From Blepharisma stoltei ATCC 30299 (lineage: Eukaryota; Protista; Ciliophora), in contig CBFDEM010000040.1 in NCBI GenBank assembly GCA_965603825.1, positions 248,001-312,000 of the forward strand: a stretch of 64,000 nucleotides of DNA, read 5' to 3'. The notes below the pieces were generated by a model. The model saw only the letters and a list, made by a program, of their open reading frames with translations. It did no database searches and was not told the DNA's origin. How positions within the stretch are numbered: the stretch's first letter is position 1; the number at the start of each line of letters is the position of its first letter. Positions 13,299 to 25,699 of the stretch are shown here, one piece after another. The translations under genes were made by a program, and so were the position numbers.

Positions 13299-14557
13299 AA
13301 TATATAATTGATTTAATCGATTATAAGTTTTTACTTGTTAATTAATTTATATAAAGTCAACATCTTTGTATGAATTTCAAAATAATTAGTAGGTGTTGCT
13401 AAAAATCATGCTTCAGAGAAATATTTTATGCTAATTTATTAATAGAATTTCTAAATTGAATTTAAAAAATGTTCTTACAAGAATAGAATTGATTTTTCTC
13501 ATTCAATTGAGATACTCTTTTAATAGTTTCTGCAAAATATGCATTAAGTGACCAGAATAATTTCGCATTTTAAAAATTAAAATATAATAAATACCAACTT
13601 GAAGCAGAAATGGGGCTATTTTTGTAGTTAGCTCCAGCCAGCTGGTATATCAAGTCAATTTACAACATGCATTTGATACACGAAATTAAATTATGCTTTA
13701 TAATAATTCATTGCACAGAACAGAGACAAAGAATAAAGTGAAATCTGCTATTACTATTATAACTAGTAATTTTAATTATCTTATTCTTTTGTTGACCATA
13801 CAATCCCGTTTATTTCAAATTAAGCATAGAAATTTAAATCTTGACAATAATTAATAGAGAATTTTGACTAGCAAATATGAATGTTTAAGGCCTCATCATA
13901 AATTTGCATATATCAATAATTTTTATAATCTGGAATGATACTATAAAAATGAGCCTATAGATATTTTAAAAATAAAACTATTAGCAAAACCATTTATTGA
14001 GCATCGAAATATATCGGAAATCTCTCAATAATTATCAAAATAAAAATCAATCAGATTTGAAAGTGCTTATCATAAAATAATGTTTTAAAGGTAAAAGGCT
14101 TATAGCCGCAAAAGTGACTATTTAGCGATAGAAATTATTTAAATATAAAAAAGCTCCTCAATAAATTAAAATTCCTTATTTGGTAATGTATTTTTAAAAG
14201 TGTAACGAAAACTGAAAAAAATGCCCTGTATGATAAGTGAAATAATCGCCATATAACTAACAAAATATTTAATAATTGAACTCTTAATTCCAGCAGAAAA
14301 AATATAATCTAAATTCTACCCTTATGGTTATTTACTTATCCAAGATTATTATGCAAGTCTCAGCCGATCTTAGTTTATAGCTCTTATCCTTCAGGCTTTA
14401 GGGTCCTATCCAGTTTTTCCTGGCTGAGCATAGATATGGGTGCATTTCTAGTACATATGTATGAGAAATGCTAGCCAATTGTTCTAATGTTTTACACTAA
14501 TAAATATTTCATAGATTTTTATCTAACTCAAATCAGGAAAAAACTTATCAATAAAAT

Positions 14558-16678
14558 ATGTTAAGACCTAAAGCTAGTCCTATATATGATCAAAATTATC
14601 TTGCACCTTTAGAAGCCTCAGAACTTGACTATCTAACCTCAGAGGAAGACTCAATAAGGTCAAAATCTCCAATGAACGACAATAATTCCCAGGATTTTAA
14701 TTACATTTCAAGCACTAAAGATTTTACAACTTGGAACCCCTCAAATGCCAAAAAACTTTGGAAAAGAGCCTTTTTTAAAATAAGAGTACGGCGAGCTTTA
14801 GAGAAATTTAAAAAAGAAATTATGTTCTTTGGGACTTCAAATGAGGTTTTTGACCAAGATAAAAAATTTAAGCGAAACCTTGATACTATTCTCCAGAAAA
14901 AATTTGATAAGGAAGAGGATTTTAGGTTCAAAAAATGGGACGAAGAAGAAAGAATTATTCCTTGATATATATTAGACCCAGATGGGTATTTTAAGAGGTC
15001 ATGAAATACTTTATTAACCATAGTCTTGATGTATACCGCAGTTGTTATGCCATTTAGACTAGCATTTGCGGATGTTATTTTCTTTGATGTATGGACTACT
15101 ATAGAAATCACAATTGACCTTCTATTTATAGTAGATGTGATGCTGAATTTTATAAGTGGAGTGTATAGCTATGAAGGAGTTCTCCACACTAATTTAAAGT
15201 ATATTGTTTTGGACTATTTAAAAAGCTGGTTCATAATTGATGCCACTTCAAGTGTGCCTTATACTTTAATTGATTATTGGACAGGGAGTAACGGGAACTC
15301 TTCTGCTCACCAAAATAACCTTGTGAAGCTTATGAGAGTGCCAAAACTTTATAAGCTTTTAAGAATTATAAGAATCGCCAAAGCTGTTAAACACTATAAA
15401 ACGAATGATCTTGCTGAAAAAGTCCAAGATTTTTTACAGCTGAACTCAAGACTGTACAAGCTTTTAACATTTTTGGTTTCAGTCTGCTTGTGTGTACATA
15501 TAGTAGGCTGCTTGTGATTTTTTTGTGCAAGAATAAATAATTTTTCTCCGAGTACATGGGTTGTTAGATGTGATTACTTAGATGACACTGTAGATGTCCA
15601 ATATATTGCAAGTATATATTGGGCTATGACAACAGTAACTACTGTAGGATATGGAGATATTTCAGGAAGAACTGAACTAGAACAGATTTTATCTATGATT
15701 TGGATGCTCATAGGAATAGGCTTTTATTCTTTCACAATCGGATCGCTCTCTTCATTTTTGACAGCAATTGACACAAAAGACTCTATTTTAGCTTCAAAGC
15801 TGGCAGCAATCCATGAGTTTGCCTTAGAAACTGGGATTTCTGATGAATGTAAGCATCGAATAAGGCAAATTATTAAATATAATAACAGTAAGGTAGGAAC
15901 AGTTTGAAGTGACAAACATTCTTTATTCAATGAGCTCCCAAAATCGCTGCGATATGAAGTAAGCGCTACCATGTATAATGGTATTGTCAAAGAGCTAATT
16001 TTTTTCAGAAGCCAAGACCCTGCTTTTGTGGTCTCCTTAATGCCTCTTCTAAAGCCTTTACAGCATAAAGATTTAGAGTATTTATGGTTAGAAGGAACTT
16101 ATCCTGATGAAATTTTTTTTATCACCAAAGGAAGGGTGAATTTTGTGTTAGAAGGCAATGAAGTGTGCTATAAATCATTTTTAAAAGGTTCATATGTAGG
16201 GGATATTGAGATTCTGACTGAAATTTCAGTAAGGGAAAACAATGCTCAAGCATGTGGGAATTCTGAATTTTTAGTATTGTCGAAACACGATTTTCTAGAA
16301 GTTTTGGGTGATTTTCCAGACCAAAAGAAATTTCTTACACAGGTTGCTAAAGAAAGAGCAGTTAGAAATGCTAAAGCAAAAGAAGAACTAATTTCGCTAA
16401 TGGAGATTAAAAAAATGGAAGGGAATCTTAAGCACTTGGAAGGAAAAGGGAGTATTTTTGACAGGCAGCTGAGAGAGGCATCTACTGTGGTGATTCGAGA
16501 TAGACTAGGGTTGATTGAAGATACAGTTCAATCGAACGTTAGCTTATTTGACGATATGAAGACTCGAGTTTCTTCTATTGAAAACAGTATCCGAGATCTT
16601 TTGATGTCAGTAAAACCACCAAAACCGAAGAAAGTAAGAACTGCACTTGGATCGATTATCAAAAAAAAGCATGAATAG
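14558..16678 (+). CDS. Cyclic-nucleotide-binding-domain 6TM K+ channel, copy 2 (tandem paralog), 706 aa
   Basis: Colinear with copy 1 at a constant offset of 3395 nt. Same S4, TTVGYGD pore and CNBD. Stop is TAG. Confidence 0.93.
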
Positions 16679-16745
16679 CTATTTTCATGCATAAACTATA
16701 TAATTGACTTGTACCAATCATAAATTATAATTTACTTTATTATAA

Positions 16746-18413
16746 ATGGGAAAGAAAAGGCAAAATGAAAAGAAATCGGAACTCATACAAAATCTACCAA
16801 CTGAAATTCTTTATATCATCATTGGAGAATTTTTAGAATACAAAGAGTGGTTTAAACTTGCACAAGTTTGCAGTTGAGCAAATTTTATAGTAAATATGTG
16901 CTGACAACATGTTAAATATTTAGATTTTGATATATTTCCACTGCCTAGAGATTCTGAATTTATATCTGCAATTAAGAAATGCACAAAACTAGAAAAGATA
17001 AGGCTAGACTGTTATTATTTGTCTTTGGATGCTATTTTGGCTTTACCAATTTCGCTTACCCATGCAAAATTATCATCTATAGATAATGCCCTAAAAAATC
17101 CTAATTTTATTCAATCCATCCAAAGACTTCCAAACTTAAAATCCCTGAAATTCAACACCCTTGATGATTTCGACAGATACAACGTAGATATCAACGAATG
17201 GTCTCAATTTTTTAAAGCATGCAAATTAGATGAAATTTCTATTGGAAATATTCACTCTGAGACGCTGGATCAAGATATTTCTAGCTTTGTAATAGGTAAG
17301 TGCAAAAATTATAAGGCATTAAGACTTGTTGACAGCCCAAACATAAAAAAATTTTCAGCAGATCTTACATCTGTAAAAATTGAGGCACATAGAAATGTTT
17401 GAAATCCTTTAGGGCTCAATGATTGAACAATCAGAAAATTATCTAATGACTGCCAAAAGCTGGAAAAACTGAAAATTATTGATTACAATCTAAAAATGCA
17501 TGACGAGTTTACCAGCATTTCTTTTAATATTATTATCAATAATTGGAGGAATCTTAGATTTTTACATTTGAGCAATTTTACAGATCAAGGAATAAAGTCA
17601 ATAAACGACTTAGATATAATGAGAGTTGCAACCGTCTGCAGAAATTTAAAAGGTATATCTTTAGATAGTTTTAAAACTATCACAGATGCGTCCATATCAG
17701 AGCTAGCAATAAATTGTACAGCCCTTGAGCGTGTTTCATTGTCATTTACATATATAACTGATGATTCTTTGTCAGCACTTTCAAGTTTGCAAAATTTAAC
17801 GCATTTAACATTAAGAGGGTGCAGAAAAATCTCTGAGAGAGGTCTCTTCGAGCTTTTTGAAAACTGCTCAGGACTTAAATACCTCAATTTATCAACAGCT
17901 TCTGGTGTAAGTGATTTTTCATTTGAAAAACTATGCTCTAATTGCCAAGAATTAGAAGAGCTAATAATAAATGACGCAGAAATTACTGATGAGTCTGTTT
18001 ATCTATTATATGAACTCAAAAATTTAAAACATTTAGTATTAAGCTATTGTAGTAGCATAAGTGAAAGCTCCTGCTTTAGAGAAATCTCAAGGCTAAAAGC
18101 ATTAATTGATCTTTCATTATCAGGGAGCAAGTTTTTGCTTGATGAAGATTTAGCGTTTATAGTAGAAAATATTGGAAAAAATTTGCAAAAATTAAGGTTA
18201 GATGCTTGCAAGCTACTCACTGATAATTCGTTTTGCAAAATAAATGAATTTGCGCAGATGCTGAGATATTTGTATTTAAAAAATATTATTTTGAATGAAA
18301 AAACACTCTGGAACTTAGAAGGACTTAGGAGTTTAAAATATTTAGAATTGTCAAAGCCACAAGATTTTGAATTTTATCCAACTAATTTAGAAGCAATGGT
18401 TGTTTTTGATTAA
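16746..18413 (+). CDS. F-box/leucine-rich-repeat (FBXL-like) protein, 555 aa
   Basis: ATG 16746, then the F-box LPTEILYIIIGEFL..LAQVCS-W(TGA), followed by AMN1-type LRRs (LxxLxLxxCxxITD). Four TGA are read through. Confidence 0.88.
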
Positions 18414-18727
18414 ATAGGTTAGGCTTCTTATTATTATTAAAGTTATTATTTTGCCAAATACAGTGTATAATCCATTATTATTTATTTATTTATAATCTTA
18501 TCTTTAATAAAAACTGTCAAAATTAATAATTCCAAATTTTTATAAACTATTATCAAAAAGAGATTAATTACTATAAAATTGACCATTCTTAATAATTAAA
18601 TCAATTTAAAAATTCGATACAAAACTGCTGGCGCTGTCTCCATCCTTTATTTTCCATAAAAATTCAAATAAACTTATATAAATTCTTAATCATATTACTA
18701 TTTTCATAAGCCATAATTAATTGTGCA

Positions 18728-19897
18728 ATGGGAGCCTGCTGTGTGACCAAAAAACACATAAACATTGAAAAATTTATCTCTAACAAATTAATCGAAGCCA
18801 TTGAAAGAAACTCCGCAGATAAGGTCCGTCAAATTCTGGAGAGATATTCAAAAACGAACATTTATTACAAGGATCCGACCATTATGATCGACGACCCTGT
18901 CATTAAAATCCACCAAGTCGATATGAACCCTTTGGGTTATGCCCTTTACCTTGGCGCTGCTCCTGTATTTAAAGTCCTCTATGAAGAAGGTCATGCTAAG
19001 CTGTCAATAATGACTAAATTTTTCTTGCAATTAGGAAAAAGACCGATCGAAGTCCTTTGTGAGCTTGGGCATCTAAGTTTATTAGAGTATTACTTACCCT
19101 TATATTTAGGCAATAAAGACCAAGCTGAGAACTCAGACGATGAACAGGATAGTGAAGAGCTCTCGATATTTGCCAAATCAAGAAATACAAAATCTCACAC
19201 ACAAGAAAAAAGCAAAATCTCAGCCCCACTCTCCACAATGACCCCTATTCAAAGAGCAGTTGAAAAAGGCAGACTTGAGCTGGTAAAGTTCTTCAGAGAA
19301 TATTTCCGAGAAAAGCCAAACGACGAGTTTAATGTCCACTTTATTGATGAAGCTACTGGCGAAAATTGTGCCTTAATTTCATGTAAAACAGGAAATATAG
19401 ATCTTATCAAATATTTGCATGAGACAATGGGCGCTGATTTTCAAATCGTCAATAAAAGGAAGGAAAACGCCATACAGATTGCTGCGGTATGGTCAAAAAA
19501 AAGAAAAAGTAAGCAGTTTAAGGAGTGTGTAAGATACTTGGTTGAAGAAGTGGGGGTGGACTATACATATGAGTTTGAAGAAACCTTGCTTGTCCTAGAA
19601 GATAAGAGCATTGTTGCGTATTTGGAAAATAAGTTACATCAGGATGGAATTTCTGTAAGTAAAAGCAGAGTGGATGATAAATATAGTTTATCGAAAAACC
19701 GACCACCTGCTGCTGTTATTGACCCGAACTTAGAAGAAAGATTAAGTAAAATAAAAGGGCCGGAATTTAATTTTACCGAACTTTTCAAGGAAGAGCTAGA
19801 AGACGCGAATTCAAATATAAGCTCGATCAGTGTTATCCAAAGTAAATCATTCAGTCAAGTTATTATGGATTCTCCTATAGAGAAGCTTCGAATGTAA
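18728..19897 (+). CDS. Ankyrin-repeat protein with N-terminal acylation motif (MGACC)
   Basis: Ankyrin-like TPIQRAVEKGRLELVKF and GENCALISCKTGNIDLIKYL. Gly2 plus nearby Cys suggest myristoylation and palmitoylation. Confidence 0.8.
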   Translation: MGACCVTKKHINIEKFISNKLIEAIERNSADKVRQILERYSKTNIYYKDPTIMIDDPVIKIHQVDMNPLGYALYLGAAPVFKVLYEEGHAKLSIMTKFFLQLGKRPIEVLCELGHLSLLEYYLPLYLGNKDQAENSDDEQDSEELSIFAKSRNTKSHTQEKSKISAPLSTMTPIQRAVEKGRLELVKFFREYFREKPNDEFNVHFIDEATGENCALISCKTGNIDLIKYLHETMGADFQIVNKRKENAIQIAAVWSKKRKSKQFKECVRYLVEEVGVDYTYEFEETLLVLEDKSIVAYLENKLHQDGISVSKSRVDDKYSLSKNRPPAAVIDPNLEERLSKIKGPEFNFTELFKEELEDANSNISSISVIQSKSFSQVIMDSPIEKLRM

Positions 19898-20017
19898 TCA
19901 TAAGTTAATATCGAGATTAATTAAAATGTTTATTTTGTTATGAATAATATAAGGAGGAATCTAGGTATATATTTAATTATAATTATTTGTTAATTTGAGA
20001 GAAATAATAGTAATTAG

Positions 20018-20575
20018 TTATTCGACCCTACCTTTTGTTTTTTCTCTTTGACTATTATATTTCTCTTTCCCAAAATCAAAAGGAATGTAGCCATGCTTGT
20101 ACATGTGGGCTATTTGTCTCCTCATCGTTGCTACAAATAGCACTAAAAAATAAATCACTAAAACAGGCCAAAAAATTTCGAAATTTAAAGCCTCTATAAA
20201 AGTACAAATAATTGAAATCAGAGTTCCTATAAGTGTATTTTTCCAGAAACTGAACTCTCCTAGCTTGCGAATAAAAGGTTTATACTCATTTGTTTCTCTC
20301 ATAGGCAGCACAGGATTATCAGATTCTTCATCTTCCATGTCTGACATAATTGGAGTAAGGAATCTCAAAAAAAGATTAAGGATAAAAATAGCTAAGCAAT
20401 ATGCGACAACATAGTAGCCTGAATAAGAAATACCTTGCAAGCTGATAACTCTTTGAAAGAAGATTAATAGCAAAATGCAAGTTGCCAGTCACCTCTTTCT
20501 TATGTGTGGAGAAATTCTATCAGTGTAAGTTTGCATATAAATTCTAAGCTGACCTTTGAATCCTAGGTCTTCCAT
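20018..20575 (-). CDS. RER1: ER retrieval receptor RER1 (185 aa)
   Basis: ATG at 20575. DRISPHIRKR-W(TGA)-L extends the listed ORF. Has LNLFLRFLTP, EYKPFIRKLGEF, FWPVLVIYF and MRRQIAHMYKHGYIPFDFGK. Confidence 0.93.
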
Positions 20576-21278
20576 TTTCAAATAAAATTTTTTGTTTCAT
20601 AAAATCCACCTCTGATAATATGATATTAAGAGAATTTATTCCTCATTTTTATTCTTATAGTGTAAGTTTTAGACCTAAGTCTTTTCCAAAAGTCAAAAGC
20701 AAAGATAATTTTGTAATGTTTACTTAAACATTAGCATTATTTATAGCATAGATAAATTAAGTCAGAAAATAAAATATGCTAAAATTATTACATATTATCT
20801 TTTCATCAAAATATAATTCAGATATATTTTTATATGAATTAAAATTGAAAAATAAATTCTCCCAAAAGAAGGTATAATGATATCTAAGCTAAATAATAAA
20901 GCCAAAAATAGATTGCATACTTAATAATTAATTTTATCATTGCTAGAGGCAGCAATATTTTCTTTTACAAAAGCTTTAAACCAAAAATGTAAAATAAAAT
21001 GGAAGTGTTAATAAAAGTCCTTGGCTTATTTTTTAACACTGGGCTATTTTCCAGTAAATAGCTCCTTATTTTTGTGATAAAAATGCAAATGTTCATAACT
21101 AAAATAATTTCTTATCTTTTCTTATATATGCTAGCCTCTTAACTATAATTAATCTCTTTGTAAGCTATTCCCATTTATCCCTATTCAATTTAGTTCTATT
21201 AGCTTCTTATTAATCATCCCATCTTCAATATGCTGCAACCTTATAGTTGTTTTTTTATTACCATAATTTTTAGATCAT

Positions 21279-22733
21279 ATGGGTTGTATATCGACGAAGA
21301 AAAAGACACTTAGCACCTATCTTGATAATATTCAGCAACTTAAAATTCGTCCTGAACTTTTCGTTACAGAGAGTCAAGACAAATTTTCAAATGAATACGA
21401 AATCACTAAAGAGTTGGGCAAAGGTGCATTTTCAAAGGTCTACCAATGTTTGGATAAACTCACAGGAAATACCTGCGCAGTCAAAATGATAACAAAAAAA
21501 GAGCTGAGCCAAGAAATGCTAACATCGACAAACAAGCTACAAGAAATCCAAGTTTTGAAGACTTTAGATCATCCTAACATTTTAAAGGTTTTTCAGATAT
21601 TTGAAGATAAAAAATACTTCTATATTGTCATGGAATTCTGTGCTGGAGGAGAGCTATTTAATAAAATCACTTCAAAAGGCCATTTTAGCGAAAGAGAAAC
21701 AGCACATATCATATATCAATTATTATCAGCCGTAACCTACTGCCACTCCAAAAACATAATCCATAGGGACCTGAAGCCTGAAAATATTTTATTAGAAGAA
21801 GTTAATGGGGAACTCACGATAAAAGTCGCTGATTTTGGCAGTTCTGTATTTTTTAGTAAAAATAAAATAAAAGGATGCTTTGGATCAGTATATTATATAG
21901 CGCCAGAAGTATTAGAAAACTCCTATAATGAGCTCTGCGATGAGTGGAGCTGCGGGGTTATTTTGTATATATTACTCAGCGGAAAGCCGCCTTTTGGTGG
22001 AAAAAGTGAAGCCGAAATTTTGCATAATATTAAGTATGGGATCGTTATGACCGAAGGACCACATTTCAGCAGGATCTCGGAAGGTGCTAAAGACCTTATT
22101 AAAAAACTAGTCGAAAGAGATACATCGAAACGGTTAACAGCTCAAGAAGCCCTTAGCCATAATTGGCTTCAGTCTTATAGATCATTAGAGTTTCCTAGCA
22201 CTGAACAAATTTCTAATATTTTTTCGCAGCTAAGCTCATTTAATGCTTCAGTCAAACTTAGGAGCGCAATTTTTACGTTTATCACTACTCACTTGGTAAC
22301 ACAAGAGGAAAAGCGTGAACTGCAGAAATCATTCAGAATGCTTGACCAAAATGGTGATGGCAGAGTCAGCAAAAACGAACTATTGACGATATATAAAGAG
22401 GTCATAGGAGGAATGGACAGTGATGCTATTGTTGATCGAATTATGAAAAATGTTGATACTGATGGTAGTGGATTTATTGATTATACCGAGTTTATCCAGG
22501 CAACTTTAAACCATGAAATACTCTTTTCGAAAAAGAACCTTGAAATGGCCTTCAGGGTCTTTGATAAAGATGGAAGTGGGACTATAACAACTGACGAGTT
22601 AAGGACAATGCTCAGTGGAGGAAAAATGTCAAGTAATTCAGTTTGGGAAAGTATTATAAGAGAAGTAGACCAGAATGGAGACGGAGAAATTGACTTAAAA
22701 GAATTCACAGAGTTAGTGTTAGAAAAAATGTAA
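21279..22733 (+). CDS. Calcium-dependent protein kinase (CDPK)
   Basis: Kinase domain (GKGAFSKV, HRDLKPEN, DFG, APE) plus four EF-hands (DQNGDG, DTDGSG, DKDGSG, DQNGDG). MGC N-terminus. Confidence 0.95.
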   Translation: MGCISTKKKTLSTYLDNIQQLKIRPELFVTESQDKFSNEYEITKELGKGAFSKVYQCLDKLTGNTCAVKMITKKELSQEMLTSTNKLQEIQVLKTLDHPNILKVFQIFEDKKYFYIVMEFCAGGELFNKITSKGHFSERETAHIIYQLLSAVTYCHSKNIIHRDLKPENILLEEVNGELTIKVADFGSSVFFSKNKIKGCFGSVYYIAPEVLENSYNELCDEWSCGVILYILLSGKPPFGGKSEAEILHNIKYGIVMTEGPHFSRISEGAKDLIKKLVERDTSKRLTAQEALSHNWLQSYRSLEFPSTEQISNIFSQLSSFNASVKLRSAIFTFITTHLVTQEEKRELQKSFRMLDQNGDGRVSKNELLTIYKEVIGGMDSDAIVDRIMKNVDTDGSGFIDYTEFIQATLNHEILFSKKNLEMAFRVFDKDGSGTITTDELRTMLSGGKMSSNSVWESIIREVDQNGDGEIDLKEFTELVLEKM

Positions 22734-22754
22734 ATATATTTTATAATAAATAAA

Positions 22755-23760
22755 ATGCTTGTTATACAGACGAAGTGTAATAAGTTTTTATGTGGATTTT
22801 TTGAAAACTCAGGAAAATTAGTCTATATGAAAAAGCAATCGAGGACAAATGTAGGCTCAGTTACGGAATTTCTTGAAAATTCTAGGATGGAATTCCCTGA
22901 TATGGGCAAAGCAGATTTAATTGGAGTAACATGTCTTGGTGGGATGCCTGAGCTGATGAGAGAGTCACTAATTTTTGCCAAGGTGAGATTGAGTTAGAAA
23001 CTTGATAGACCAGTTTATCCTCTACACTATTTACAAACTCACTTAAGCTTCATGAAAAATACTCCAAGTCTAATTCTTAGCTGCACTTCTAACCAAACAG
23101 AGCTAATTTTATCCAAATCTTTCAATAATTACACAATTTTAGGCATTTCTATAGACATGAACCTAGGAAAAGTATACCAAAGATTATCCTCAATTTCTGG
23201 TATGAATTACAAAAAAATCGAAAATGCAGTTATGCATGAATTTATCGATATCCCAGTTCCTATGAAAGATCATAAAGGGTTTGATTTTTCATTTTCAGGG
23301 CCTTACCATAGGACTCTCCAGCATATATATCCAAGTGTAACAGGAATTAAAAAAATACCATACATTGAACCACTTTTTCGATTGGAAAATCATGAAGGAA
23401 TTTCATCCCTTCTTGCTTCATTTCAAGTCTCTGTTATAGACCAATTAGAAAGAAGGATATCAAAAGCTATAGAATGAAGCATAAAAGAGAATCCAGGGGT
23501 TAACACACTGGTGATAATTTATATAGGGATTTTGTGGAGGTGTTGCAAATAATTATAAAATTGCGGAAAGCTTACGGAAAGTGTGTGGAAAATATGGCTG
23601 AACATTAAAAGTGCCCGCTTTTCCAAGCACCAATGTCTATCATATGAAAAATTGCTTGGAATTAATGAAGATAAGTGGATATAATTTTGATATGAGGAGA
23701 GTTGATATAAAATGCTATGAAAACTATCCGCTAGGCCCTTTTCTATTTTCTAACAATTAA
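22755..23760 (+). CDS. Divergent TsaD/Qri7/OSGEPL1 (t6A threonylcarbamoyltransferase)-like protein; join(22755..22982,22998..23510,23527..23760), 324 aa
   Basis: Removing two tiny introns and reading two TGA as Trp gives one frame. It has IGVT, RPVYPLHYLQTH, YTILGISID, DFSFSG and FCGGVANN in TsaD-family order. Confidence 0.75.
22983..22997 (+). other. 15-nt spliceosomal intron
   Basis: gtgagattgagttag: GT..AG with A at position 10. Removal eliminates an in-frame TAG. Confidence 0.85.
23511..23526 (+). other. 16-nt spliceosomal intron
   Basis: gtgataatttatatag: A at position 11. Removal restores the frame to the GGVANN motif. Confidence 0.85.
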
Positions 23761-24323
23761 AAATAATCAATTTTAATATTGAAACTATAATAATAAAGCC
23801 ATAAAAATATTTATTTAGATTGATAAAAGTTTAGATTAGAAGATAGATATTTTGTAAAAACAACAAATGAATCGATAAGGAAATAGCACATCAGCATGCC
23901 ACTTGCGATGCGGATTCTGTGAAAGTTGAAGATGAAATAGAAATGGTGTCTTTTGGCATTGAGAGGATGCACAGAGATTTTAATAAGTTGAGAAGTATTG
24001 AAGTAGAAATTCTATTAGTTCTAAAATAATAGCTTTTTGATAGCTTACTAGATAAGGCATGCTAAAGTAGATTGCAAGAAAAAAATACCTTTAAAGATTC
24101 AAACTAAAAGGAAAAACTATAATTATCTTATAATGCCTGCTAAAACTAATAGAAAGAGGATTTATTATGAAGGTAAAACTCTTTAATCCCTCAAATCAAT
24201 TTAGCATATGGCCAAAATAACACCACTTAAATATGGAGTGATGAACTATTTAATTGCATCAATTTGCACCTTTATCTTTTTAAAATCACTTAATCTTAAA
24301 TAAAGCTACTATTAAAAACTTTT

Positions 24324-24668
24324 TTAACCCATCCTGTAGCGAGCTTCTCTATACTCTTGACATGACGCGAATGGGAAACAATAATAATGTATGCAACAGT
24401 CACAAAGTCAGTTTCCTTGAATCCTGAATAATCCTCTAATATTTCCACGATTGAGAGCCATTCCAGTTGGTCACCAACAGGCTCCAACCCAGCATGGCAG
24501 GAAACAACCTTCAGTACCCTCTGTTGCTATTTGAATTGCCATGCCTTGCAGGCAACAAGCACCGTAAGGTATGCACAATACCCAGAGACAAGAACCTATG
24601 CCATTGAAACACCCACATAGAGATTCATTTCAATCAGCGACTCTAACTTCCTTTAAAACAGTAGCCAT
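24324..24668 (-). CDS. PLAC8/cornifelin-family Cys-rich protein (114 aa); missed by the ORF track
   Basis: MATVLKEVRVAD-W(TGA)-NESLCGCF...PYGACCLQG...NRGNIRGLFRIQGN-W(TGA)-LCDCCIHYYCFPFASCQEYRE. Three TGA, TAA stop. Confidence 0.88.
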
Positions 24669-25132
24669 TAACTTTTATTAAAACCCCTGATCAATTATTT
24701 TCAAGTCATAATAGGTATTTTTATTTAAGACATTAATTTCAAAGTAATTTTTTATAAAGAAAGACTTATAAGTCAAATAACCACAAATACAATTGATTCA
24801 TCTACAAAAAAGGCCATTTTTAATTATAAATTAATTTTTAGAATTTATTTTGAAATTGCTCCTATTACCTTATGAAAATTATGGTAAGCTTAGTCTAAGG
24901 AAGAAATACAAATTATAAATTATTCAAAGTCATACTATTGATTTTTATGATCAATATCATGTTCAATGCAGATACTCAGATTGCACATATTAAAACTGGT
25001 GTAATTTAATAGTTAATTTTAGAATATTTAATAAGCAAAGGCATTATAAGTAATCTAATCCTAAGTTAATCGAACATATCATAATAGATTTTTATAATTA
25101 GGCCTCACCCCATATTTTTGTGATAATATTTT

Positions 25133-25699
25133 ATGGTAAGCACCCGAAGCCAAAAAAACAAGGAAAAGAAGCCTGACTTATCCAAGCCAATAAAAGCTGA
25201 AAAGGTGTCTACAGATAAGAAAAAATCTCAAACAAAACAAGTGAAAAATCAAGCAAAAGAAGAAAAGAAAAAAGAAAAAGAGACTGTCCAAAATGATCAG
25301 AAAACAGCATCATCTCAAGTAACCGTGAAAAATCCGAAGCCAAAACAAAAAGAACCGAAAAAACCAGCTAAAATGCTAGGCTATACCGCAGATCAATATG
25401 CAAAATACAAAGAATTAATACAGGAAAATAAAGATAAAAGCAATGAAGCACTTAAAGAGATCTTAAGGAAAAATGAGCAAAAGGTATCAGGGTCTAAGTA
25501 TGAATTGGCTGACAGAGTTGCTGATGGAATGGTACTCGGAGCTATCCCGAAATGTCCAAATTGCGGAGGTGGAAGGCCGAAATTTGACTTTATGAAAGGA
25601 ACTTATTATTGCCCTGGGTATAGAGACGATGTAGATTTTGTAAACTGCCACAAGACATACACCCTTGATCAACTTCCCAGAAATTCATGGGTTTTATAG
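25133..25699 (+). CDS. Lys-rich protein with a stand-alone PADR1 (PARP1 Zn3-type) domain
   Basis: LKEILRKNEQKVSGSKYELADRVADGMVLGAIPKCPNCGG...YYCPGY...C matches the PADR1 pattern. Confidence 0.8.
   Translation: MVSTRSQKNKEKKPDLSKPIKAEKVSTDKKKSQTKQVKNQAKEEKKKEKETVQNDQKTASSQVTVKNPKPKQKEPKKPAKMLGYTADQYAKYKELIQENKDKSNEALKEILRKNEQKVSGSKYELADRVADGMVLGAIPKCPNCGGGRPKFDFMKGTYYCPGYRDDVDFVNCHKTYTLDQLPRNSWVL

Noticed and set aside
11163-16678. Fragmented ORFs suggesting mass pseudogenisation
   Set aside because: The fragments are co-framed and broken only by TGA at Trp positions. The genes are intact under UGA=Trp.
24296-24487. Listed 63-aa minus-strand ORF
   Set aside because: It is the wrong frame of the PLAC8 gene.
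24324-24668. TGA as selenocysteine or cysteine in Cys-rich proteins
   Set aside because: TGA aligns to Trp motifs and swaps with TGG in paralogs. No SECIS was recognised, and there is no TGA at Cys positions of the giant protein.
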